Of a stretch of 32,000 nt of DNA, positions 16,781-25,829 are shown in pieces (the first letter of the stretch is position 1; every line of letters starts with the position of its first letter). The stretch comes from Ruminococcus albus 7 = DSM 20455 (GTDB taxonomy: Bacteria; Bacillota; Clostridia; Oscillospirales; Ruminococcaceae). Where the stretch lies: contig NC_014833.1 of assembly GCF_000179635.2 (NCBI RefSeq), forward strand, positions 540,001-572,000, written 5' to 3'. The translations under genes and the position numbers were made by a program. The notes beneath the pieces were generated by a model, which worked only from the letters and a program-made list of their open reading frames with translations, was not told the DNA's origin and did not search any database.

Positions 16781-18012
16781 CCACGGAAATCAATTTTCAA
16801 AAAATCAGGTTTCAAAAGTTACATTTATATTTCAGGTTGTACAAATTACTGGACAGAGCACCTGGAAAATGATATAATATAGGCATGAATAATGGAATAA
16901 CCGAGTATTTTGAAGATATTGAATTATATGAGGAATATGACGGCTATTTTTGCAGTATCCCCGATATCATTACAATAGCAATTCTTGGAAGTATCTGTGG
17001 ACTTAGAAACATTCATCAGATTCATCAATGGGCGACAAATGACAGAGTAAGCGAATTCTTAAAGGAGAAATTCGGAATCGATCATGTCCCTTGCTATTAT
17101 TGGATATTGAGCCTGCTGAAATATGTCAAGCCCGAATCGCTCAACCGCTGTTTTGCGGATTGGGTCTATTCATTCATGCCCGAAAAGTCCAAAAGTATGA
17201 CGATCTCTCTTGACGGGAAAACTGTTTGTTCGACACTTAAAATGAGTAAGATCGAAAGTCCTCTGCACATCATCAGCGCACAGGTATGCGAACTTGGATT
17301 GACCCTGGCACAACGCAGCACGGACGATAAAAGCAACGAGATACCTGCGGTGCAGGAGCTTCTGAAAGAACCGAAAATAAAGGGTAATATAGTTGTTGCG
17401 GATGCACTGAACTGTCAGAAAGAAACTGCTGAGATTATCGTAAAACAAAAGGCAGATTATCTGCTTTGCGTTAAGGATAATCACCCAAATTTGAAGAAAG
17501 ATATCGAGGATTATGTGCAGGACAGTTCTCTCAGAGACACTATGCAAACAGTTTCAAGAACGGAGAAAAACCGTGGCAGAGTTGAAACAAGGACAGCGTA
17601 TGTAACAACAGATATCAACTGGCTGGAACAGAAAAAAGAGTGGAAAAATCTGAAGTGCATAGGAGCCATTCATACTGAGTTTTCAACGAAAAAAGGCACT
17701 TCGAGCGAATGGCACTATTACCTTTCAAGCCGCGAAATGACAGCGGAACAGCTCCTTCATCATGCAAGAATGGAATGGTCGGTTGAGTCAATGCACTGGC
17801 TGCTTGATGTTCATTTTGAAGAAGATTGGTGCAGAGTCGAAAACAAAGACGTTCAGCAATGCCTGAATATGTTCAGAAAAGCTGCGATAAATTTAATCAA
17901 GAACTTTAAAAATCGGAACAATTCTAAAGCCGCCATATCCAAACTTATGTTTGAATGTCTTATGGAGCCGCAGATGATTTCGAGGGTGATTTTTGAAAAT
18001 TGATTTCCGTGG
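16781..18012 (+). mobile_element. Intact ISAs1-family insertion sequence (1232 bp)
   Basis: Perfect 18-bp terminal inverted repeats: ccacggaaatcaattttc (16781-16798) and gaaaattgatttccgtgg (17995-18012). They are flanked by the 7-bp direct repeat cagcacg (16774-16780 and 18013-18019). There is a single transposase ORF. Confidence 0.9.
16885..18003 (+). CDS. ISAs1-family (H-repeat type, IS4-superfamily DDE) transposase
   Basis: The N-terminal DDE_Tnp_1_assoc-like segment is FCSIPDIITIAILGSICGLRNIHQIHQWA. The core is VVADALNCQKETAEIIVKQKADYLLCVKDNHPNL and WSVESMHWLLDVHFEEDWCRV. The stop codon lies inside the right inverted repeat. Confidence 0.9.
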   Translation: MNNGITEYFEDIELYEEYDGYFCSIPDIITIAILGSICGLRNIHQIHQWATNDRVSEFLKEKFGIDHVPCYYWILSLLKYVKPESLNRCFADWVYSFMPEKSKSMTISLDGKTVCSTLKMSKIESPLHIISAQVCELGLTLAQRSTDDKSNEIPAVQELLKEPKIKGNIVVADALNCQKETAEIIVKQKADYLLCVKDNHPNLKKDIEDYVQDSSLRDTMQTVSRTEKNRGRVETRTAYVTTDINWLEQKKEWKNLKCIGAIHTEFSTKKGTSSEWHYYLSSREMTAEQLLHHARMEWSVESMHWLLDVHFEEDWCRVENKDVQQCLNMFRKAAINLIKNFKNRNNSKAAISKLMFECLMEPQMISRVIFEN

Positions 18013-18029
18013 CAGCACGCTGCGCAGGG

Positions 18030-18058
18030 TTGACTTAATTATGGAAATATGTTATAAT
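18030..18058 (+). promoter_or_regulatory. ilvB promoter
   Basis: TTGACT (18030-18035), 17 nt, TATAAT (18053-18058). It begins 10 bp after the IS target duplication. Confidence 0.6.
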
Positions 18059-18154
18059 TATATAAATTTTTCTTTCGGGATCATCACGTATCCCGAAGAG
18101 ATGCTTTTCCCGTACAAAGGCGCGGGATACAGCTTGTGAAGGAGGTAGTCTTTT

Positions 18155-19792
18155 ATGAAAATGACAGTAAGTCAGGCAATGGTAGAGTGCTTGAAGGCAG
18201 AGGAGATAAAGGTCGTCTACGGCTACCCGGGTGCGGCTATCTGCCCTTTTTATGATGCACTGCTTGATGCTGAAAAGGATATAAAGCACGTTCTGGTAAG
18301 GCATGAGGCTAACGGCGGTCATGCAGCCAGCGGCTATGCCAGGATATCGGGTAAGCCTGCGGTGTGTATCGCAACTTCAGGTCCCGGTGCGGTCAATCTG
18401 ATAACTGCCATAGCTACTGCCTATGCGGATTCTATACCGATAGTCTGTATCACAGGTCAGGTAAATACCGATCAGATAGGCTCCGATGTTTTTCAGGAGG
18501 CTGATGTTACGGGCGCGGCAGAACCTTTCGTAAAGCACAGCTATCTCCTTAAAGACCCTGCGGATGTGGGCAGAGTGTTCAAGGAAGCTTTCTATATCGC
18601 AGGCTCGGGCAGACCGGGTCCTGTTCTGATAGATGTTCCTATGGATGTACAGAAAATGACTGTGGATTTCAAATATCCCAAAAAGTGCGATATACGCAGC
18701 TATAAGCCCACCGGCAAGGGAAATGCATTACAGGTAAAGCGTGTTACCGAAGCGCTGAGAACTGCTGAAAAGCCACTTATATGTATCGGCGGCGGTGTGT
18801 TCGCTTCAAATGCTCAGGCTGAGATAGTTGAGCTTTCAGAAAAGCTGAACATACCTGTTATCACTACCATGATGGGTATATCCGTGTTCTCTGACGATGA
18901 TCCCCTTTATGTGGGCATGATAGGTACACATGGTACAAAGATAGCAAATTATGCTGTAAATGCTTGTGACACACTGTTCCTTGTAGGCGCTCGTGTCGGT
19001 GACAGAGCAGTAAAAACTCCTCTTGAGCTGGAAAAAGATACCAAGATACTACATATAGATATCGACCCTGCCGAGATAGGCAAGAATATCGGTGCAGACC
19101 TGCCGCTGGTAGGTGATGCAAAAATGGTGCTCCGTCAGATGCTTGAGCATATAGATAAGCACCCTGAGGGTAATGCCGATCATACAGCATGGCTGAAGCA
19201 GATAGAGGATAACCGTACCCCAACCGAGTTTGCCAAGCCCGTCAAGGGTACTGTCAATCCGAAGGAGTTTCTGCAGAAGCTTTCCGAGCGTATGCCTGCG
19301 GATGTAAATATATGCGCAGATGTGGGACAGAACCAGATATGGACAAGCAGATACCATTTCAAAAAAGGCGGACGTTTCCTGACATCGGGCGGTATGGGTA
19401 CTATGGGGTATTCTCTGCCCTGTGCCATAGGCGCTAAAATGGCAGATGAAAGCCGTGTGACCGTGGCTGTCTGCGGTGACGGCGGCTTCCAGATGAATAT
19501 GATGGAACTTGCTACGGCAGTGCAGTATGGTGTTGATGTCAAAGTGGTAGTATTTACCAATACCAGACTCGGCATGGTAAGAGAACTTCAGACCAAGGGC
19601 TATAACGACAGACAGATAGCAGTATTCCTTGACGGTTCACCTGATTTTGTCAAGCTTGCAGCCGCTTACGGGATACCTGCCATAAGGGTAACTGATAAGA
19701 AGTCCGAGGACAAGGCTATCGAGATGCTTGCAGAAGAAAAAGGTATGCTGCTGTGCGAGGTAGTTGTTGACAAGGATTTCCCGACGCTGTAA
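18155..19792 (+). CDS. ilvB: Acetolactate synthase (acetohydroxyacid synthase) large catalytic subunit, ThDP-dependent
   Basis: GAAGGAGG RBS. Family motifs are GYPGAAICPFYDAL, HEANGGHAASGYARISGKPAVCIATSGPGAVNL and the ThDP motif GDGGFQMNMMELATA. Confidence 0.95.
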   Translation: MKMTVSQAMVECLKAEEIKVVYGYPGAAICPFYDALLDAEKDIKHVLVRHEANGGHAASGYARISGKPAVCIATSGPGAVNLITAIATAYADSIPIVCITGQVNTDQIGSDVFQEADVTGAAEPFVKHSYLLKDPADVGRVFKEAFYIAGSGRPGPVLIDVPMDVQKMTVDFKYPKKCDIRSYKPTGKGNALQVKRVTEALRTAEKPLICIGGGVFASNAQAEIVELSEKLNIPVITTMMGISVFSDDDPLYVGMIGTHGTKIANYAVNACDTLFLVGARVGDRAVKTPLELEKDTKILHIDIDPAEIGKNIGADLPLVGDAKMVLRQMLEHIDKHPEGNADHTAWLKQIEDNRTPTEFAKPVKGTVNPKEFLQKLSERMPADVNICADVGQNQIWTSRYHFKKGGRFLTSGGMGTMGYSLPCAIGAKMADESRVTVAVCGDGGFQMNMMELATAVQYGVDVKVVVFTNTRLGMVRELQTKGYNDRQIAVFLDGSPDFVKLAAAYGIPAIRVTDKKSEDKAIEMLAEEKGMLLCEVVVDKDFPTL

Positions 19793-19802
19793 GAGGTGGG
19801 TC

Positions 19803-20327
19803 ATGCTGCATTACAGGATACTGAGTTACGGCAGTGACTACGATTGGGGATTACTGGTGGGTCTGATATCTCTTCGCGATGCGGCAGAGATAGACAGGCA
19901 GTTTGAAAAAAGGCTGAATAGTCTTGAAAAGGAAGAACCCTTTGCTGACGATATGTCCGCCAGGCTTATGGCAGAGCTGGATAACTCACGCAGAACAGGC
20001 GAGTATGCTGTCATAACGCCAAAGGGCAAGGGCTGTATAACCTGTCTTTCAACGTCCATAAAATTCGGACTGATGGTGCTGGACTCACATAAGGACGGTC
20101 AGCCTGTAATAACAAGGACGGGTGCTGTAAATGGCAGAGTACTGGAATGGCTCTCGGAAAAAGGCGATTTTACCCTTGTGCTGACGGATAACGAGTGCGG
20201 TGCTTTGCGTGAAGTACTGGCGCTTGTGGGCAACGGTATGGCTGACCTGGAATATCAGGGGCAGATCTATTCGGCTTATGATATAAAGGCGTGTATGGAG
20301 GCAGTCGCGCAGCTTTCAGACAGCTGA
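19803..20327 (+). CDS. Hypothetical protein (174 aa) inserted between ilvB and ilvN
   Basis: ATG 19803 lies 10 nt after the ilvB stop, with a GAGGTGGG RBS. The frame stays open in sequence whose composition looks like its neighbours. I recognise no motif. Confidence 0.6.
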   Translation: MLHYRILSYGSDYDWGLLVGLISLRDAAEIDRQFEKRLNSLEKEEPFADDMSARLMAELDNSRRTGEYAVITPKGKGCITCLSTSIKFGLMVLDSHKDGQPVITRTGAVNGRVLEWLSEKGDFTLVLTDNECGALREVLALVGNGMADLEYQGQIYSAYDIKACMEAVAQLSDS

Positions 20328-20518
20328 TATCGGATAGTATTTGTGTAATATTTATATATCAGCGCTTTATCACGCCATAACAAGGATAATTTACTGTGAT
20401 AAATGACTAAATTTATCCGTTAATAATTTAGTCTGATAAATTTAAAGAAATAGCCACAATATGATAGTATAATAATTAAGTGTGGAATTTATTCCCGCAA
20501 AAAAACGGAGGTCATGAT

Positions 20519-21016
20519 ATGAAACATACCATTTCTGTTCTCGTTGAAAATCACAGCGGTGTCCTTTCAAGGATATCGGGTCTTTTTTCAAGAAGAGGAT
20601 TCAATATCGAAAGTCTGGCGGTAGGTCCTACAAATGATGAATCCATATCCAGGATCACCATAGTTGCAGACGGCGACGAGCATACCGTCGAGCAGATAGA
20701 AAAACAGCTCAACAAGCTGATCGAGGTCATAAAGGTCAAGACCTTCGGCAGAGATGAATTTGTAGCGCGTGAGCTTATGATAGTAAAAGTCAGTGCTCCT
20801 GCTGACAAGCGCAGCGAGATAATGACTATCGCAGAGATCACAGGCGCTAAGGTAATGGATATCACCCTTACCACCATGACGCTGGAGATATGCGACAGGT
20901 ATGACAGGCTGGAAAGATTCGAGAAGGTAATCGAGCCTTACGGCATACTCGAAATGGCAAGGACAGGAACTGTCGCTGTTGAGAGAGGCGCCGAGTATTT
21001 CAGCGCAAAGAAGTAA
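20519..21016 (+). CDS. ilvN: Acetolactate synthase small regulatory subunit (ACT domain)
   Basis: ACGGAGG RBS. The N-terminus HTISVLVENHSGVLSRISGLFSRRGFNIESLAVGPT is characteristic of the family. Confidence 0.9.
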   Translation: MKHTISVLVENHSGVLSRISGLFSRRGFNIESLAVGPTNDESISRITIVADGDEHTVEQIEKQLNKLIEVIKVKTFGRDEFVARELMIVKVSAPADKRSEIMTIAEITGAKVMDITLTTMTLEICDRYDRLERFEKVIEPYGILEMARTGTVAVERGAEYFSAKK

Positions 21017-21069
21017 AGAAGTAGATTCCCCTTTTTACAGGGAGAAATAAATCATTCCAAATATTTTAG

Positions 21070-22107
<1,038 letters not shown>

Positions 22108-22131
22108 TCTTTTGTTTCTGATTATTACAAA

Positions 22132-22166
22132 ATGCTCTTCCGCATTTGCGGGAGAGCATTTTTTTG
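22132..22166 (+). terminator. Intrinsic terminator of the ilv cluster
   Basis: atgctcttccgc (22132-22143) pairs with gcgggagagcat (22148-22159) around a 4-nt loop. A T7 run follows. Confidence 0.85.
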
Positions 22167-22243
22167 ATATATATTATTACAAATACTTTGACAGTTTGTG
22201 TATTCTTAATAAAGCAATTAGGTTATTATCCACAAAAAAACAC

Positions 22244-22273
22244 TTGACTTTTAATATCGATATATTATATAAT
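22244..22273 (+). promoter_or_regulatory. Promoter of the second GGDEF gene
   Basis: TTGACT (22244-22249), 18 nt, TATAAT (22268-22273). Confidence 0.5.
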
Positions 22274-22309
22274 ATATAAGGTATAGCATGCAAAAGGGAG
22301 GTGCAGAGT

Positions 22310-23464
22310 TTGAACGATACTTTGTATCCAATAATGTACATCGAAGTAAACCTTATATCTATATTGTTGGTCCTTGTGATAGGACGTAAGACTGCTGGAC
22401 TTTCAAAAATGGTCTCACATCGTGATTTTGTAAATGCTATCTGTGCGATGATCTCCTTTTTTGTTTCGGATACAGTGTGTGTTACTATGACCGGAGGTCT
22501 CCTGCCTTTTGTGCCTATAGTGCTGCTTTTATTTAAGGCGATCTATTTTATTTCCACTTCTGCCATGTGCTTTTTCTGGTTTATTTATTATGAACATATA
22601 CAAGACTCGTCATTTGCCAAAAGCAAACGCAGTGTTTTTGCTGCATCCTGCCTTGTTTGGGCTATGGCTGTAGTGGTCATTATAAATATATCCAATGGGG
22701 TGCTGTTCTATATTGATGAGAACAATAAGTATTGCAGAGGAAGTATGTTCAATCTGCTGTACCTGCTTTCGTATCCGTATGTGATGATAACTTTTATACG
22801 TTCAATTTTAGCTATATTCCGCAGGGAAAACTATGCGAAACGAAATATGCTAAGAAAGCTGGCGCTGTTTCCGCTGGCACCCGCAGCTTCGGGCATAGTT
22901 CAGTATTTCAGACCTGAAATTCCTGTAGCCTGTGCGACATTGTCACTGGCTACACTGGAATTATATCTTGAATGGACGGACAGGATGATATCTGTCGATC
23001 CTTTGACGATGCTCGGCAACCGCAAGCAGATGGAGTACTTTTACAAACAATGGCAGGAGGACTCCGATTCCGATACGATGTTTGTAATGATGGCAGATGC
23101 AAATAAGTTCAAAAGCATCAATGATATATACGGTCATGTTGAAGGCGATGCTGCGCTGGTGCGTATCGCAAATGCTATGCGTACTTCCTGCCGTGAGATG
23201 AACAGGAGAGCTAATATCGCCAGATTCGGCGGAGATGAGTTTGTTATAATGGTATGTACCGATGACGAAACGGTGATCTCAAAGCTCAGGATGAGGTTGG
23301 ATGAATGTCTTGAACAAATGAACACAGCCGATAATTCACCGTATGAACTGAGGATCTGCGTGGGAGTTGCTATCGCAAAGCGAAGCTCGGATCTTGAGGA
23401 GATAATACAGCAGGCAGATGCCAAGCTCTATGAAGAAAAAGCAAGACTTGGCCATGTCAGATAA
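22310..23464 (+). CDS. Membrane-bound diguanylate cyclase (multi-TM sensor plus GGDEF)
   Basis: I prefer TTG 22310, which lies 8 nt after AAGGGAGG, over GTG 22301, which abuts the RBS. The N-terminal ~220 aa are hydrophobic. GGDEF hallmarks are DPLTMLGNRKQM, DANKFKSINDIYGH, RFGGDEFVIM and ADAKLYEEK. Confidence 0.85.
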   Translation: MNDTLYPIMYIEVNLISILLVLVIGRKTAGLSKMVSHRDFVNAICAMISFFVSDTVCVTMTGGLLPFVPIVLLLFKAIYFISTSAMCFFWFIYYEHIQDSSFAKSKRSVFAASCLVWAMAVVVIINISNGVLFYIDENNKYCRGSMFNLLYLLSYPYVMITFIRSILAIFRRENYAKRNMLRKLALFPLAPAASGIVQYFRPEIPVACATLSLATLELYLEWTDRMISVDPLTMLGNRKQMEYFYKQWQEDSDSDTMFVMMADANKFKSINDIYGHVEGDAALVRIANAMRTSCREMNRRANIARFGGDEFVIMVCTDDETVISKLRMRLDECLEQMNTADNSPYELRICVGVAIAKRSSDLEEIIQQADAKLYEEKARLGHVR

Positions 23465-23526
23465 TAGGATAGTATGATCTTTAGCTGAGATCACTTTATA
23501 ATGCGTGATAATTTTGGGGAATGCTT

Positions 23527-25086
23527 ATGAGATACTATATATATGGTTATACAGATAAAGGCAGCGTAAAGGGAAAAAATGAGGACGCTGTGCTGGTCAA
23601 TAAAGAAGTCGTAAAGGAAGGCTTCCGTGAAGCAGTGCTTGATGCACCGTTTATCACGGCGGTCTGTGACGGCGTTGGCGGAGAAAACGCAGGCGACGTT
23701 GCTTCGGAGCTGTGCCTGCAGCAGCTTTCAGAGGTGGTGTATACATCAAATACCGATCTTAAACAGGTGCTTATGGCGATCCACGGAAAGATCAAAAAAC
23801 GCAGCACCCTTGACAAGGCATCGGCTAATATGCAGACGACCCTTTGTGCACTGGCTGTTGACGAGGAAGGCAAAGGGCTTTGTGTGAATGTTGGTGACAG
23901 CAGACTTTACAGGTACGTCAACGGTACTATAAGACAGCTGACCACAGATCAGAGCTATGTGCAGTATATGTACAATAAAGGCGAGATCGATTATGTGGAT
24001 GAGATAGAGCCTGAGTACAGGAGCGCGATTATTTCTGCTATGGGAAGCCCTCAGAGTGATCCGCAGATCGAGCAGACACCACTTGCGAATGAATTCGGAG
24101 CAGAGCCTGATGACATGATAATTATAACCTCTGATGGTTTGTCGGATCATGTCAGTGAGAATGAGTTTGAGGTAGGTCTTTCTATGGATCTGCCCATATC
24201 TGAGAAACTCGTTGCGCTTGCAAAGCTTGCGATTCTCAATGGCAGTACCGATAATGTATCAATTATAGGTATCAAGCCATTCTTTGATTTTGAAGAACTG
24301 GCAGCACTGACAAGGCATGATGCTGTTGGCAAAACTGTTAATGTCATGGAGATGCTGGAAGATCACAATGAAACTGAGGAAAAGGACGAGCTGAGCGATA
24401 TCCTTACCATAGATCTTGACGCTATAATCGGAAAAGGAAAAACGCAGCGCGAACCCGAAAAATCTTATGAGATAGCATCCGCCAAAGTTCCCGAGCCAGA
24501 GGAATCCGAAGAAACACCGATAGTTGAAGCCCCCGAGCCCGAGGAACCCGACGAAACACCGATAGTTGAAGCCCTCGAGCCCGAGAAACCCGACGAAACA
24601 CCTATAGATGAAGCCTCCGAGCCCGAGGAACCTGACGAAACACCGATAGTTGAAGCCCCCGAGCCCGAGGAAATCGAAGAAACACCGATAGTTGAAGCCA
24701 CCGAGCCCGATGAACCCGAAGAAACACCGATAGTTGAAGCCTCCGAGCCCGATGAACCCGACGAAACACCGATAGTTGAAGCCTCCGAGCCCGATGAACC
24801 CGACGAAACACCGATAGTTGAAGCCCCCGAGACCGAGGAATCCGACGAAACATCGATAGTTGAAGTTCCCGAGCCCGAGGAACCCGAAGAAACACCAATA
24901 GTTGAAGCTCCCGAGCCTGAGGAATCCGAAGAAATACACAACATTAAAGAATTCGAACCGGAGGAGCATCATGACATGGTCAGCAGGGAAGATATAGAAC
25001 TTGAAGCGCACGATCTGTTTATGCAGGCGCAGGCTTCTCTCTCCAGATTATCGGGTCTCATACCAAAGGATAATAAGTCTGAATAA
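23527..25086 (+). CDS. PP2C-family Ser/Thr phosphatase with a long acidic tandem-repeat C-terminal tail
   Basis: The start is ATG 23527 (GGGGA RBS) or 23521. PP2C motifs are GKNEDA, AVCDGVGGENAGDVAS, VGDSRLY, ITSDGLSD and GSTDNVSIIGI. No signal peptide or TM segment was seen. The tail is about 11 copies of PEPEEPDETPIVEA. Confidence 0.85.
   Translation: MRYYIYGYTDKGSVKGKNEDAVLVNKEVVKEGFREAVLDAPFITAVCDGVGGENAGDVASELCLQQLSEVVYTSNTDLKQVLMAIHGKIKKRSTLDKASANMQTTLCALAVDEEGKGLCVNVGDSRLYRYVNGTIRQLTTDQSYVQYMYNKGEIDYVDEIEPEYRSAIISAMGSPQSDPQIEQTPLANEFGAEPDDMIIITSDGLSDHVSENEFEVGLSMDLPISEKLVALAKLAILNGSTDNVSIIGIKPFFDFEELAALTRHDAVGKTVNVMEMLEDHNETEEKDELSDILTIDLDAIIGKGKTQREPEKSYEIASAKVPEPEESEETPIVEAPEPEEPDETPIVEALEPEKPDETPIDEASEPEEPDETPIVEAPEPEEIEETPIVEATEPDEPEETPIVEASEPDEPDETPIVEASEPDEPDETPIVEAPETEESDETSIVEVPEPEEPEETPIVEAPEPEESEEIHNIKEFEPEEHHDMVSREDIELEAHDLFMQAQASLSRLSGLIPKDNKSE
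24490..24936 (+). repeat. In-frame 42-bp tandem repeat, about 10.6 copies, encoding a 14-aa acidic unit
   Basis: The unit is cccgagcccgaggaacccgacgaaacaccgatagttgaagcc. Copy boundaries fall at 24490+42k. Copies 7 (24742-24783) and 8 (24784-24825) are identical at the nucleotide level. Confidence 0.9.
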
Positions 25087-25100
25087 ACAAAAAGGTCATT

Positions 25101-25131
25101 AACGCTTCTGTCTGTATCGGGCAGAAGCGTT
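25101..25131 (+). terminator. Possible terminator after the PP2C gene
   Basis: aacgcttctg (25101-25110) pairs with cagaagcgtt (25122-25131). The U-run is short. Confidence 0.5.
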
Positions 25132-25205
25132 TTATATTGTTGGTTCTCAATAAAATTGTCTCAAAAACTTTGGTGAAGTTATTTGTTACAAAGTGGTAAA
25201 ACCTG

Positions 25206-25234
25206 TTGAATTTGAAACGAAAATGTGTTATCAT
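25206..25234 (+). promoter_or_regulatory. Promoter of the small-protein gene (extended -10)
   Basis: TTGAAT (25206-25211), 17 nt ending in TGT, TATCAT (25229-25234). Confidence 0.5.
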
Positions 25235-25291
25235 ATTATACAGTACAAATTTTTAACGCAAAGTCCTTTGTATAAGAACAGGAGAAGTAAA

Positions 25292-25611
25292 ATGGCTTAC
25301 GGAGATTATGGAACATATAACGGCGGCGGCGGATATGCTTCGCAGGCTGACCGTCACTTGGAAGTTGATCTCAAATGTCCGAATTGCATGGGCGAGAGAG
25401 ATATTGATGTGAATAATATGTACCTAATGTACAGCCTGTGTATCAGCCGGCGAGCAATAGCAGTATTCTTTTGTGGGTAATCGGTTTCATTTTTGCGCCT
25501 TGGCTGACTGTACCGTTATGGTTCTTCAAGACGAATAGGATATCCCGAAAAACTAAGATAATAGTAGTTTCCATATTAGTACTGCTTTTCATAGCCGGGG
25601 CATCTTCATGA
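25292..25611 (+). CDS. Small protein split across two frames: Gly/Tyr-rich N-terminus with a CPNC motif, then a two-TM tail. This is either a frameshift or two small ORFs.
   Basis: ATG 25292 follows an AGGAGAAG RBS, and that frame stops at 25478-25480. The -1 frame, open from 25417, encodes YVPNVQPVYQPASNSSILLWVIGFIFAPWLTVPLWFFKTNRISRKTKIIVVSILVLLFIAGASS and stops at 25609-25611. A strong terminator follows directly. Confidence 0.45.
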
Positions 25612-25624
25612 TAATTATAATATG

Positions 25625-25652
25625 ACACTCCCTTTATGGGGGTGTTTTTTTT
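25625..25652 (+). terminator. Intrinsic terminator
   Basis: acactccc (25625-25632) pairs with gggggtgt (25638-25645). A T8 run follows. Confidence 0.85.
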
Positions 25653-25800
25653 ACAATTATCGGTTGCATAATAATTGCGGATAAGAGAATTGATTTTTGA
25701 TAAATTTTGTCGCTACTATGAATAAAGTTAGAAATTCGACCCGATTAACCTATAAAATTTGATTTAAATGACGAAAAAGTTTTTGATTTATGAATAACCG

Positions 25801-25829
25801 TTGACAAAGCGTGGCAGGAATGGTAACAT
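25801..25829 (+). promoter_or_regulatory. Candidate promoter of the giant surface-protein gene
   Basis: TTGACA (25801-25806), 17 nt, TAACAT (25824-25829). Confidence 0.45.

Noticed and set aside
18059-18154. A T-box riboswitch upstream of ilvB, as in the Bacillus ilv-leu operon.
   Set aside because: The leader is only about 95 nt. It lacks a specifier-loop architecture and the conserved T-box sequence. No terminator U-run was seen.
24259-25011. Three overlapping minus-strand ORFs (250, 159 and 98 aa) across the 42-bp repeat array.
   Set aside because: The repeat unit happens to lack stop codons in several frames. The translations are just periodic artefacts (GFLGLGGFNYRCF...). The plus-strand frame is continuous with a bona fide PP2C domain.
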